A stretch of DNA of 63,387 bases, the filler included, from Ministeria vibrans ATCC 50519 (Eukaryota > Protista > Filasterea): the NCBI GenBank assembly GCA_943704425.1. It is 9 parts of 9 records of this genome, joined end to end, with 100 filler letters (N's around TTAATTAATTAA, not from the genome) between each part and the next. Parts side by side here need not be neighbours in the genome. Positions count along the whole stretch, not along the records: positions 1 to 13,335 come from CALSCP010001897.1; 8 more parts are not named here. One strand, given 5' to 3'. Position 1 is the stretch's first letter. Every line of letters begins with the position of its first letter. This document shows, piece after piece, positions 1 to 13,335 of this stretch. The notes below the pieces were generated by a model. The model was not told the origin of the DNA, did no database searches, and saw nothing but the letters and a program-made list of their open reading frames with translations. The position numbers were made by a program, and so were the translations under genes.

Positions 1-47
1 GAGCTCGATGGAGAAACCTCGCTCTTCCCAGCCGCCCTCACTCTCTA

Positions 48-79
<32 letters not shown>

Positions 80-109
80 ACTTGCTTTTGTCTCTGGCGC
101 CACCGCAGG

Positions 110-1969
110 TTCCTTCTCGGATTGAAGAAGTTGTCATCCCCCCCGAGGTCACCCCTGAGCATGTGACGACGTACGTCATCGACACAAACAGTACGAAATA
201 CACAATCATTTAATGCACTGATCACATTAGTCATATTATTCATTTTTGCTTTTTTCTTTCTTCTTCTCAGATGCTGCTGAAGAACGAGCGCTGCTTGAGG
301 AGCAAGTCCGCAACGCGAGCGTTATCTGCATTGTGTATGCCGTTGATTCACCCGCGTCCTTTCGCAACATCAGTCAGTATTGGATCCCGACCATTCGATC
401 GGTAAAGAACAACTTTATTATTATGCTTTCATTCCGATCTCATGTGATTTCTCTGTGAAGATTATCAATGGTGATCGAACACCGCTTATTCTAGTGGGAA
501 ACAAGACAGACATGAGATGTAAAAGAAAAATAGGGAACAAAGAACCGATCCTTCTTATGGTGTTTATATAGCTCATGACGAAAAGACGGATGTGAGTGCA
601 CAACTGGTTGCGCAAATGAAGCCACTGATGGCTCAATGTCGTGCCATTGAAACATGTGTTGAATGTTCCGCTCGTTCCCTCAGGCATCTTTCAGAGGTGA
701 GAGAAGACTCGTCATTCATGACAAGTCAGTCAACCCTAAAACATCCTACCCCTAGTGATAAGTTGAATCACAACCCTAATGGCAAGACGTGCAATCCTAA
801 TCCTAAATGTGTATCTTAGGTGTTCTATTTCGCCCAAAAGGCTGTTCTCCACCCGACCTCTCCTCTTTACGACGCAAAAACTCACCAGGTCAGTTTCAAG
901 GGAGTTAATTTGAATGCCGTTTACATCTGTTTTTTTTTTTTTTTTTTCTCTTTTTGAAATTACGCAGTTGAAAAGGGAATGTAAAAATGCATTGACTCGC
1001 ATTTTTCATTTGTGCGACACTGACAAAGACGGACTGATCAACGACAGAGAGCTCAATGAATTCCAAGTGAGATTAACAAACACACAAACGAACGACTCAA
1101 ACACAAACGGACGATTATTTGACACTATAATTACTTACTCTCACACTCAAATTCACAAAACCCCTGTCTCTCTGTCTCAATTTTTTATTTATTTTTTTCT
1201 CTCTCTCTTAGCGCAAATGCTTTAATCAACCACTCTCTGCCGCGGAGCTCACGGGCGTCAAGCAAATGGTCCAAAACAACAACAGTGAGGGAATAGTCTC
1301 CCTCTCGTCTGTGCGTGCTCCATCACCCCACTCCACATCTCCTCATCTCACACCCACTCCAACTCCCACTACTCCTACTACTCATGCTGCAAGTGCCTCT
1401 TCTGGCGATGACTCTGCGTCCACCGGTCTCTCTCTGTCGGGCTTTCTCACTCTTCACATGATGTTTATTCAGAACGGCAGAATTGAGACGACTTGGCAGG
1501 TTAATAGCACTCTCTCTCTCACACACACACAAACCCGCACTCACTTAATCGGCATACTCATATAAACTAATATTGTCTTTAGGCTCTTCGCGCGTTTGGC
1601 TATGCGAACAATCTCCAATTGCGACCCGACTTTTTGTTCCCTCCACTCAACTTTGACACTGTCCACACGAGCACCGAATTGGGTGCCACTGCTGTGATGT
1701 TCCTGTCGGATCTCTTTGGCACTTTTGATCGTGACAATGACTCTGCACTCTCTTCAGACGTAAATTTTGTATTTGTAAATTTTTGTATCATTTATTATTG
1801 TGTGTATTTATGTGTGTGTATGTATGGTGTCTGTCTGTCTGTGTGTGCGTTGACTCACTTGTTTTTACTAAGGATATGGCTCGTCTGATGGAAACGTGCC
1901 CTATTGTTCCGTGGGACTGTGATCCTCGCGCGTGCACAGAAGTTACCGAGCGCAAACTTATCAAACTCG

Positions 1970-2007
<38 letters not shown>

Positions 2008-3379
2008 GTGTCACTCACTGACTCGTAATAATAGTAAATTTAATGTACTATTAATGTACTATTACTACAAATAATAATAATAGTAATAGCAATAACGTTA
2101 ACATTTTTTTTGTTCTTTTAGGGATTTCTGTCGCTGTGGGCAATGGCTGCGCGTATTCAGCCGCGTCTGGTGATCACTGCGTTAATCTATCTGGGATACC
2201 GACCCGCTGCGGCCTCTAAAGCCATCAAGGTGCTACGTGGGCGAAAGGGCAAGAATGGCGACTTCCAGCGACGACGCACTGCTCGGCGGGTGTTTGTTGC
2301 GCGTGTTTTTGGTGGTCGTGGTGCGGGAAAATCAACTGTGGTGCGCTCGTTGGTGCAGAAGACGTATCATGGGAGTGTGCTCTACCAGCATCAGCTGCCG
2401 CCCCAGTGTGCCGTGTGTGAGCTCAACATGGGCGATGTGGCAGGTCACGAGATGGTCTTTGTGATGCGCGAGTCGGGCACGGCCGACGGCGAAGACGCTC
2501 TGCGCCTGAGAGCCGCGACCAAGAGCAAAACGAGTGAGGCTGACGATGGAAAGGATACTGGTGGTGGTGCAAGTGGTAGTAGTAGTAGTGGTGGTGGTGG
2601 TGGTGGTGCTGCTGCTACGTCAGGTGGTGGAGGCGTGACTGGTGGTAAAGGGGGTGGCAGCACAGGTGGCTCAGGCGTGGATAGCGAGACGGAGGGTGGC
2701 GAGACCCGACTGCGTTTTCATGACGATGGCTCAGAGTGTGATCTCATTGTGTGGGTCTTTGACGTGACCGATTCCCACTCGTTCGCCTACATTGCCGACC
2801 GTCTTCCCGGCGTCATTGAAGCCGATCCGACCCTCCCCTGTGCCATTGTTGCGACGCATTGTGATGTTCCCTTTGAGAATTGGGCCACTCAGGTAACGCA
2901 CTCCAAATTAAAACAAAACGTTTAATACGACTTTGTCTTGTTTTATTTATTTTTTTATATTTTTTATTTAGGAATCGGTTGATCCTGAGGAATTTTGCAA
3001 GGCGCATAACTTGCCACCTGTACTCTACTTTGACGTGAACGGAGACGGCAACACGCAAAAGAGTTCGCAACGACGCGCAAAGGAAGCCACTGTGCCCACT
3101 GTAGCACCCACAGCAGCAGCAGCAGCAGCAGCAGAGAATGTAGTGGAGGAAGCGGTGCAACAGACGACGGCGCCGCTGCCGCCACCGCTAGTGACACCTC
3201 GCAAGATGCGCTCAACTCTGCTCTCGTACGCCGTCTCGCCCCACATCCACGCACCCGCCGGTGGTGCCAGTGCGACCCAAGCCACTGGCGCACGCACTGC
3301 CACCGTGCTCGCCGTGGTCTCCACCGTTGCGGTTGTGGCTGCTGTCGCCGCCCTAGTATACTTGCGTACCAAGAAATAA
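110..3379 (+). CDS. RHOT: Mitochondrial Rho GTPase (Miro), multi-exon, 5' end outside window
   Basis: Exons read VPSRIEEVVIPPEVTPEHVTTYVID, VICIVYAVD, PLILVGNKTD, IETCVECSA, YFAQKAVLHPTSPLYD, EF-hands (CDTDKDGLINDRELNEFQ; FDRDNDSALS), GRIETTW, a second GTPase P-loop (GGRGAGKS) and a C-terminal tail anchor (VLAVVSTVAVVAAVAALVYLRTKK*). This is the Miro architecture. Confidence 0.93.
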
Positions 3380-4332
3380 AGTCAATTAGAAAAATAATTA
3401 ATAGAGAAATACAAATATTCCTCCCGATCGATCCAAAGATACAAGAATGATTCAAATCACAGCATTGCGTTGGGAAACGGTAGCACAGCGTAAAATCTGC
3501 AAGAGGGCACCTTGCTAACCACACAAAAGGAATTTAAGAATCCTGGTTTTGTTACTCAGGCTCCGTAGCGCGCTCTTGATGTTCGTTGCTTCTGTGGTAT
3601 TTTCGGATTATTATTCGATCTTCAACCTTTCTCCTTTGATCTTCCTTTTGAGGTTGAACTTTTATTTTCATTTCACTACCTCTCTCCCTGTGATCTTGTT
3701 TCACGACAATCCTCAGACCTCTGTTAGGTACGCATTGGTGCCAATTGCGCTCTGTTCGCGACGTGTGAATTTTTTTGTCACAATCTCATTTTTCAGACGG
3801 AATGTCAACCTTTTTTTTTTTTTTTTTTTTTTTTTTTTGACCTCCTTTCAACCTCAAATTCCACTGTCGACTGTGCAACGGCATGTCTAAGCCACATGGC
3901 CTGCGTGCGGGGGCCAGGGGAGCATAGGGCGCGGCGTGCATTGCGTTTGCTCTGCTCTGCTCTGCACAAACAGCGTTCAAAGACGACCACGTCACCCGAG
4001 CGACTGTCACATACCAGCGAATTCGCTCTCGTGCTCTGCAGCGCCTGCTCGCTCGCCCCTGACACTGCGACAAGTCCATTGTCATCCCATGCTGTGTTTT
4101 TTGCGTCCCTCGAGCGCTGTATGGGCCTCTGTGTGCTGTCGGCTTTTTTTTTTTTTGAAAAGAAAACGAGATGTACACTTTGCACTCACTCACTCGCGTT
4201 TAACTGCATTGTAGTGAGAGAGAACTGAAAGGAGGAGATCGAGGGAGTGAGTAAGTGAGAGGGAGAGAGAGAGCGCGCGCGTGCGGCAGCTGAATTTGTT
4301 GTTGGGCGGAAGAGCACAGAGCGAGCGCACCC

Positions 4333-7300
4333 ATGGACGATCGGGCGGCGAAACATTCTCGACGCCGATCGTACTCGGACAACCTTGCTCAGCGACCTGG
4401 GCGACGATCGAAGCGCACACGGCAGTCTGTCAATGTTGACCAGGACGAGACGCCCGCCAAGGCACGCGTGCAGGACGAGGATGCTCGGGTGAATGCGGTT
4501 TTCGATGAACTTGGCAGGGGACTGTCACCGACAGAGCCACAGCAACAGCAGCAACCGCCACAGAAACCGCAACCAGTACGCCAGCGTGTGACAGTCTCGG
4601 ACGGTGACAGTGCTGACGAAGACGGCGGTGACGTACGCGCCGTGAATCGACAAGGGGGGCGGGCACGACGCGGCAGTGGGCTTGGCGACAACGACGACGA
4701 CGATGATAATGTCGACGTGGACGAGGCACAGGGAATCGTGGAGGCAGAGGCAGGACGACACAAATCGCTCCTGTCCGTTCGTCAGCGGGTGTGGTCGCGC
4801 TGGTTTCGCCTTTATTTTCTTCTGTCGCTCGTGGTCGTTGCCTTCTTTCTGTCAGCACTCTTTACCGACCGCATGTTGCACCTCGCCTCGGAGAATGGCA
4901 TTTCGTACACGCGACAGGACCTTGGACTGGCGTACAGTTGTTTGACGCGAACGAGCATTTCGACGGGCATTGTGCTCGAGCAGGAGTGCGGCTGGAAACT
5001 ACCGACCGACGTGTACTTTATTCTCTCCTTTGGTCTGGTGGTCGCCGCTGCAGCGCTTGCCATCTTCCAGGTGATTGACGCCCTCGTGTGGGTGCTGGTC
5101 ACGTATTATCCCAAACTAAACTGTCTTGGGGGCGGCACCAGTCACATGTACGGCATCACGTCGGCACTCCTGGCCACCGCGTCGATGTTTGTGTACCCCG
5201 GCGGGTTTGGCAGTCTTGAACAGCAGTTTAATGGCGCGCCTGGTGGCTCCTACAAGCTCCCGACGCACTGGAACTTGTCGTATTCCTTCGCCCTGTTGGT
5301 CATGGGCACGTTTGTGTCGCTGTTCATCTGTGTTCTCTTCCTGGGCGATCCGCGACGCCGTCACCACCGCTCGGCTCTGCAGCGTCTCGAGCAGCGTCGT
5401 CGTGAGGTAATGCGGGCAAGCATGGCACGTCGCGAGCGTCGACGTGCTCACAACGACATTGAGCGCGAGGAACGTCATCGACGGCGTCAAGAACGCGAGA
5501 ACCGTCGCGAACAGGAGAGGAGCGCGCAGCAGCACGCGATTGCTTCCGGGCGCATTAGTGACTTGTCGGTAGCGGATGAGACGGCGGCTCTGACGGGGGC
5601 ACGTCGCTCGTCGGCCGTGATCAGTGCTGGTGGAGGTGGTGGCGGTGGCGGTGGCGGTGGCGCGCGTGCCGGAGGAGGCCGCAAGGGGAGACGGACGTCG
5701 CGAGACGAGCAGGCTCAGGCGGCATTGGTGCGTGCCACCAGTATTCCAACGCACCAGGCAAAGGAGGACCGGAGAAAAAATCGCGACGACGTGGACGATG
5801 ACAACCAGGACGATACCGGGAGTGCCGTGCTGGACGATCTCACGGCGATTTCGTCGCTTCAGCAGCATTCTCGTGCCGCTAATCCCGCGCACCATCGAGC
5901 CGTGTACGAACGCACCGATGAGGTGTCGATTGAGCTGTCGGACCTGTCGGGGGATGCAGCGCGCAGTTCTTCAAGCAACTATCAGAATAGCAACCGTAAC
6001 AAGGGCTTCGCACTCGCCCTCGACGCGCCCGTCTCGGCCTCAAACGACGCTGCCACGCAGTACACCGACAGCCGTATGTCAGACGAGACTGCCTCGCGCT
6101 TGGGTCTCTCGCCCGTCTACCGCGACATGAGCTCGCCGCTCGACGCCGACGACATGGACGTGGTGGTGCTCAACGACGACGACGATGGCGCGCCCATTCG
6201 ACACTTCCTCTACGACGATAACTCCAACGACGTTCTCGTGTCCACCTCGGGTCACCATGCCATGGTAGCATCGTTGCGCGCCGAGGGTCGACGTGGCAAA
6301 CGTGCACCCAGTGCTGACGACTCCCTTGAGCGTGCACGCAACCACACCGAGTTTATGATGCAACGACATGACCATGTGTCGTCGTCGGCGGCGTCCGACT
6401 CGGCCTCGTCACCAACCAAAGCACAGCCACAACAACAGCGACGCCGTTTCTCGCAGCCGGCACACCAACAATCACAGGCGCCACCCCCCTGCAGTTTTGA
6501 TGCAGGCTCTATCATTGCCGAGGCGGCTGCCGAGATTGTGGCCGAGCCCAAGACACGTCCTGTCGAGCCGAAACGTCGTGCCCGCGGAGTGCGACCGGGC
6601 CGCGTACGCAAACTCTCTCTTGAAGTGGGCTCACGTGCACGCTGGCCGCATGCCGTTGATGATGACGACGACGAGGACGACGACGACGAACTGTTCACCA
6701 GTCGACGAGTGCGTCAAGCGGTTGCTGGCGCACGCAATGCTGCAGGAGCACGTTTAAACGCTGGTGGAGGGGGTAGTGGTCATTCCCAATACCATCACCA
6801 CAGCCAGAAAGACAAGAGTGCCGGAGCTAGTCATGGCTCGCGACCCCGCCGCCTGTCGCTCGACAATGCACCTCAGGCTCGGTCGTCACGGTCACGATCC
6901 AAAGAGCGCGAGCGGAGCGGGAGTGTTGGAGATCAACATCACTATCAACAGTCTCAGCCACCCGTGTCGGCAACGCTCACGAGCACGGGCAGTCATGGCG
7001 AGGAGGAATACTCACGCAAACACATTGCGGACATTTTGCGGTTATTCTCGTCGGATTTGCAGTCGTCATCATCGGTCACGCCTGGTGGTAGTGGCGGAGG
7101 AGCGTCACGTCGGACACGACACGATCACCGTACGCCGCCGGCTATGTCATCGGCGTCGCCACCTGAGGTGAAGCCCATCTTTGTCATTAGCAACACAGTG
7201 AAGGATCCGCTCACCGATGAGGTGACCACCACCACACATGTGACGACGTCGTTGCGGGCCGCGCCTATGCTAATGTCGGGCGGGGTGTCGCTGGCAACGA

Positions 7301-7603
7301 GTGAACGAGCAAGCGCCAGCGACGCCTCACGCAGATCTTCTGGTGACAATACATCTCTCCAGCGCCCCAAGCAATTTGTCGAGCATCCTGCAGCGACAGC
7401 AGCGACCGCAGCGGCTGCCACTACGCCTGCGACAGCGTCTGCCCAACTATCTGCGTCGCGTGCAATGGACGCTCGATCCCGATTTTTGCAGCAGAGCAAC
7501 ACGTCGAGTGGTGGTCGCTCGAGTCGCGCTGGTGCGAGAGTGAGCACTACCCTGCCGCGACACCCGGGCTACCCAGCACCAGCACGTCCCTCTGACGATC
7601 CCC

Positions 7604-7637
<34 letters not shown>

Positions 7638-7809
7638 TCGCGTGCGTGCCACGTCGGTGACGAGCGAGTCCAGCTCAAGTCGTGCGCGGCATGCCTCTGC
7701 CAACCATCGCACGTCGGACGCACTCTGGGCTCGCATGAACGGCGACGAACTACTCCCACGCGATCGTGCCTCATCCGAGTCCTCGTACAAGGGTCGCAAA
7801 AGGAGATAA
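4333..7809 (+). CDS. 1158-aa protein with a four-TM claudin/PMP22/LHFPL-like module and long low-complexity termini
   Basis: Single long ORF with four hydrophobic segments at about aa 157-337. Loop 1 has GL..C...C (DLGLAYSC...QEC). The TM3-loop-TM4 stretch MFVYPGGFGS...SYKL...LSYSFALLVMG resembles LHFPL-type tetraspans. The CDS is well supported; the family call is tentative. Confidence 0.6.
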
Positions 7810-7910
7810 AGAGAGAGAGAGAGAGAAAAAGAAAGCAAGAGAGAGAGAAGTTTCATTGTTGTGTGTACAGCGTTTGACAAATTGATACGAATTTTTAAAA
7901 AAAAAACGAT

Positions 7911-10413
7911 TCAAGGCTTCCACAAGTGCAAGAGGCCATCCTCGGCAAAGGTAGCGAGAATGTTCTTGTAGGGGTGATGGGCGACGCCAATGACGTCCTT
8001 TTCGTGCACGGGAAAGATGTGCGCGAGCTCACCGGTGGCCATGCGGAAGCAGTAGAGACGGTGGTCCTCAGCGACGGCATAAGCAAAGTCACCGCGAGGC
8101 GACAAGGTGCACGCGACAAAATCGCCACCCCGCTCGACCTCGGAGCGCAGCGTCTTGACAACCTGGCCGTTGATATTGACAATGGAGAGGGTCGACGAGC
8201 GGTTACACACGAGAAACTGGTCCATGAGACGCGGAAGGAAGCGCGCACAAAAGATGGGTGCCTCCGCGGAAACACCGTAGCCGGGGCGGATGCATCGAAT
8301 GCACTCGGTAGTCTTGATGTCCCACAGCTAAAAAGTTGAGGAGGGGATTCAAGAAGGGTGAGTGATCAACACGTAAAAGACAGTGCATGTACATACGCGA
8401 ACTGAACCGTCGCTGGACGCACTGAGACACGTATTATGACCTTCGGGTGAGTAACGTGCGTCGTTGACAAAGGAGGTGTGGCCTCGAAACTCCTTTAGGG
8501 TCTTTCCTGACTTCAGTCCATGAATTCTTTTAAAATAGAGTGTGTGTGTGAGAGAGGAGAGAATGAGTCGGAGTGTGAGGTTGTACCGGACAGTCATATC
8601 AAAAGAACAAGTGAGCAATTGACTGTTGTCGCGACTGAACACCACTGAGGTCACTCCCAGTGTGTGTGCCTTCTCGTACTTGCGCAACAGTTGACCCGTT
8701 TGCACTTTCCACACCTAAAAAAGAGGAGAAACATATGAGAGAGAGAAGAGCGAGAGAGAGAAAGAAACAAGTGACCTTGATCTGGCCTTGAGCGGATCCG
8801 CCAGCAAGCATATCCCCATCGCGACTGAATGACAGTGAGAGAACACTCTTGTCCATCAGCATAAATTTATCTTGTGCCTAGAATTCACAAAGAGACAGAC
8901 ATAATATTTTTTGTCAGAGAACACAATAAACACACAGAAACAAAGTGATACATTTCTTTCTTCCTCCTCTCTCTCACTTTGTTTCTTTCTTTCTCCTCAA
9001 AGTAATAGAAAGGAGGAAGAAAGAAACAAAGTGATAGAGAGAGAAATTGAACAAGACAAAAAAGAAAAAAAAAAACACGCACGAGCCACAGGCGGAGAAT
9101 GAGAGTACCTGATAGGGCAGGTCCTTCCTGAGTCGGCCTGTCCCCACATCCCACACCTCCACAAATCCATCCACGGTGCCCGTTGCAATGCTCCGTCCGT
9201 CTGCTGCAAAGCAACTGCTCTCCACGTGCGATTTGCTGCCAAATTTGAGTGTTCGGCTGTGTTGTGTTGGAAAGGTTTCTTCTTCGCGTTTCTGTGACTG
9301 AACAAAGATATGAGTTGAGCATCTTTATCATTTTGTTTCATCAATCACTTTGTTTCTCTCTATTTGTTTATCACTTTGCTTCTCTCTCTGTCTCTTTAAC
9401 ACTTTCTCTCAATGATCTTTCTTTTTGCGCCTTTCACAACGTTCTTTTTCCCCTCTTTTAAAACTTACGTCTGTCTGAGCTGCATTCAAAAAGAGGTCAA
9501 ACCGCCCAGTCTTCAAGGCCTCTTCAGGAAGCATTTTTTGGCTGAGCTGCCACTTGAGTGATTGGTTGAGAAGTGACATCAAACGTGCCGGAGGAACCAC
9601 TGTCACTTCACCCGCAAGTGCTACAAATTTGAAACACAAACGGAATCAATGAAAGAAAGCCATCGTAATTTGAACCTTCTGCGATGGCTGCGCGTCTTTT
9701 TTCTTTGCTGGATCCGCCCGGGTATGCCTGAAAAGACGGAATGGTCGGTGTGAGACAAAATGCTGCGACAAATCTGTGGGTTTACCTCTCTTGCGTCGAA
9801 AGTGGGGCTTGAGAGGAGATTCTCCAGCTCAATGTAACGGTCGGGATTAGTCTTCTTCAGACGCACCATGACATCTGTTTGGCGCAGCACCGAACGAGCC
9901 GCACCAAGTTCACGCTGTTCAATGAGCTCGACGACCACCTACACAGAGAGGCGCAGTGCGTGTGAGGGGCGCACAGTGAACATAGTCAGTGGACACACCT
10001 GATCGTAGAGCAGCTGCAGCTTAGATTCGCCAATAGCGAGCGTCTGGATCGCTTGGATGACAGTGTCCCAATGGCCTGCAAGAGAGAGCGGCATGTGAGC
10101 AGGCGCGAGGGGCTCAGTCCAAGAGACGCTCACCATTGTGAATGTCAGCGACGAAACTCTCAACGCTCTCCACCGTATTCAGCGAGATGCTCGTTTCCTC
10201 CTAGACAGAGAGAGGAGGGGGTGGGGGGAGGATACACACATGCGTCAATGGCCGGCGAAGGGTACCTGCAGAGTGCTGAGTGTGCGGTGAAGATTGTTCT
10301 CCTTGAGAAACTGTTCGATCAATCGAATCACACTAAAAGACAAACCAGATGAGATCCGTTCGGTCAGTGCGGAGAGGTACATACTCGGATGATTCAATTT
10401 CAAGAGACGTCAT
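7911..10413 (-). CDS. SMU1: WD40 spliceosomal protein SMU1, multi-exon
   Basis: Starts [10 protein letters not shown]; contains [14 protein letters not shown] (LisH), [74 protein letters not shown]; ends [21 protein letters not shown]. Confidence 0.96.
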
Positions 10414-10800
10414 GTTGAAATTATTTATTAATTATTTTGAATTTTGATGATTTTATTGATTAAAATAATGAAGATTAAATAAGACAAATAATTGACCTGT
10501 AAGCTGAACATTGACAATGCTGTGTTATTTTCTATGCATATTGATATTGTAAATTGTAATTATATACGTAGTATCTCTGAAAAATGCGACGGTGAGTGGA
10601 TTGGTGGGTTGGAAATATATTTTTCTATGAGTCTCAACTTTCGACAAGAATATTGTCGCAAACCATACATAAAGTAAAGTCCTAGTCACTAGTGTATCGT
10701 ATTAGTATTGGAAGGTGAAAATAAAAGAGAAAAAATGAGAAAGTATTTTTTAATAAGTTTATATTACACTTTTTGAGGTTTCAGGATCAGCGCAAAAGAC

Positions 10801-10878
10801 AGCGAAGGGTTACGTGTTCGATTCACGTTCGAACCTTCTTTCGGTTCGATAGCTCAATGGTAGAGCATTCGCCTGCAG
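10801..10878 (+). tRNA. Circularly permuted tRNA-Cys(GCA): 3' half 10801-10836, 6-nt spacer, 5' half 10843-10878
   Basis: 5' half: GGTTCGA TA GCTC AATGGTA GAGC A TTCGC CT GCA G. Upstream 3' half: A GCGAA GGGTT ACGTG TTCGATT CACGT TCGAACC T. Rejoined, all four stems pair perfectly (7/4/5/5 bp), with a 7-nt anticodon loop and the U73 discriminator expected for Cys. The junction is at 37/38. Confidence 0.85.
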
Positions 10879-11164
10879 TCTTCGTTTAGATATTTCGACG
10901 TTGTGAGAGTACCTTTTCGCGCGTATTTTGCTTGCGCGNNNNNNNNNNTTCTTTTTTTTTTTTTTGTTTTTTTTTGATCTTTCGAATTCATTTTTTTTTT
11001 TTTTGAATTTTTGACACAACCAATCATAAATAATATAATTAATTATATTATTTATATTTTATTTATTATTATTTTAACAATTGTTTTCAATGCTCCTGTT
11101 GACTTCTGCAGCCGTGCAGCGGGGAGTGTGCGCTCAGTTTGAAAATGTCGGTTTTACTTCGGTT

Positions 11165-12670
11165 TTACTCAATAGTGACATTGGATATGTAGAAGGTGCC
11201 AGCATTGTTGCAGGGTCGGCCGGGCGAGCAGGGAGGCGAGTCAAGCCAATCAACGCCAGTGGATGAGCCCCAGTTGGACATCACAATTGTCATCCCTAGG
11301 AATGTAAAATTGTGAAATTATGATGCATTGTGTGTGTGTATATATATATATATATATGTGTGTGTGCGTGTGTGTGTGGCTACAAGAGAATGAGAGGGTC
11401 GGATAGGATACCTTCGACAAAGGAGGAAGAAAGCGCAGAGAGATAGGCATTGCCGCAGTCAGCGGTGTTGGAGAAGGTGAAGGAGCGCCCGTCCTGACTG
11501 AGCTCAGTTGAAATACCCGTCAGTTGTGTATGCGTTGCGTCACTCGAGTACTCAGAGGTCAGTGTGAATGGTCTACCAACACAGACAGACAAAGAGATAG
11601 AGAGAGAGAGATTGTGAAACGAGACACAGTATAAATCACACAGACCTCTTAGAGTTGATTTTGAATGCATCTGACGGACCAAACGCGTTCTGGTTGAGCT
11701 TGTAAGTGTTCTGGCCACACCCACCGCGGTCACAGGACGCATAGTAGTGTCCCTGAGGCGCATCGCACTTGTGAGGGGTAACCTGAAAACAGAAAGTGAA
11801 ATCAAAAACACGAAAGTGATCGTTCTATAGTGATCATTATTAGTCATACGGCGAGAGCGTTTGTGTTCGCTTCCATAATATCCATTTCCGGACACCACAC
11901 ACCGGAAACCTGATCATCAATTCAACATTGAACATGACGTATTGTCATAACATTAGTAATATAAAATGCTTTCTCCTTTCGTCCTATTTTACCTCGTTTG
12001 CGTCGCAGTAGTAGTCGCCCGAAGTGGACTTGTCTGGCTTTCCATCGCGTCCGTAGCCAGGCATCTCAACCAGATAGAAGGCAGCCACACAGCCACAGTC
12101 CATGGTGCTCAAGTCAATGGTGTAGGACAGTCTTTTCCCAAGCAACATGGCCTTGTAGAAGAGGGTGGCGTTGAAATGGTGCGCGGGCTCGCTGGCAAAG
12201 TAGATGCGCGCATTGCCTCCCACTGCGAGCTTGCCGTCGTCGCCAATCGTCACATTCCGGGTCGCACCACCCGACTGCACAATGAAGACGGACTGCGGCG
12301 CACCATCCACGTGTATTGTCATGTTACCGACGAGAACATCCGCCTACAACACACAATGTTGTCAATGTTGTGTTGATGTAAACAAACAAACACCGTCGCA
12401 TGACGCTGTACCGGCGGAGACGGCCCCGGAGGACACCACGTTCCTTTGCAGTCGCTCTCACAGTTACTCTGCGCTTGATTGCAGTAGTGTCCGGGTACAT
12501 TGCAGCCTAGGAAGCAGAAAAGAGCCCGTTGTGGTTTACGTGTGCGGTTATCGAGTTCTTTTACTTTCACAGTTTGACGCATAGCAGCATTTCCCCGGAT
12601 CCTCTGAAAGGGCAAATGACAGTGATGCCAGTACAATGAGGGTGGAGGCAAGGATACTTTGTGGGAGCAT
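11165..12670 (-). CDS. Secreted GH7-like (clan GH-B) glycoside hydrolase with N-terminal Cys-rich module, multi-exon
   Basis: Signal peptide MLPQSILASTLIVLASLSFA, a Cys-rich module and a PPGPSPP linker. Then YTIDLSTMDCGCVAAFYLVEM, YYCDAN, catalytic WCPEMDIMEAN (near 11870-11900), PHKC...CDRGGC and MTIVMSNW...WLDS...YISNV, which are GH7 motifs. Confidence 0.85.
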
Positions 12671-13141
12671 AGTGAGATTATTAATGTTTAGGATAATATT
12701 AATTTTTATTTTATAATAATTATGAATTATTAGTAGTGAATAATTTTTGTGAATTGGAAATGTTTTCTTCTTCTTTCTTCATTAATGTCTTGTTTTTTAT
12801 TTGTCGAATCTTGCCTTCAGAAATTACCGACGAGCAGTCTACAGCGGAACCGTGTGGTCCTCTCTTACCGACACCACTTATTTGTCAATATGCAATAAAC
12901 AATAATGACATGAGACTTACAGACAGGTTTCACAGTTGTATCCGAAATTAAACAACTTTTGCTCAAATTACATTATTATAATTTTATATTTATAGTCCTG
13001 TTTTGACATTGAGTATTCTCTTCTTCTTCTTCTTCTTCTTCTTAGAAATTATTATTATTAATATTATTATTGTTTTTTTTTACAATTATACACCATTAAT
13101 TATTACATTATTATTGCTCAAGGATATAATATACACAAAGG

Positions 13142-13335
13142 TCACTGACGCTTGCGGTGACGAACAAGCTTTGAAGAAGAAGCAGCGGAGCCCGATTTTC
13201 GCTGCTCGGGAGTACGGACAAAGGGAGAACTGGTGCGGTCGGAGACGGCTGAGACTGATTCAGAGGGTGCAGTGACATTAAGCCAGCGGGAAGCAAGACC
13301 CGACGCAATGGCAATCCACATGCGCAGTTGGTGGA
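13142..13335 (-). CDS. Probable 3'-terminal exon of a gene truncated by the contig end
   Basis: GC-rich open frame HQLRMWIAIASGLASRW...KLVRHRKRQ* followed by AT-rich DNA. No family recognised. Confidence 0.3.
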
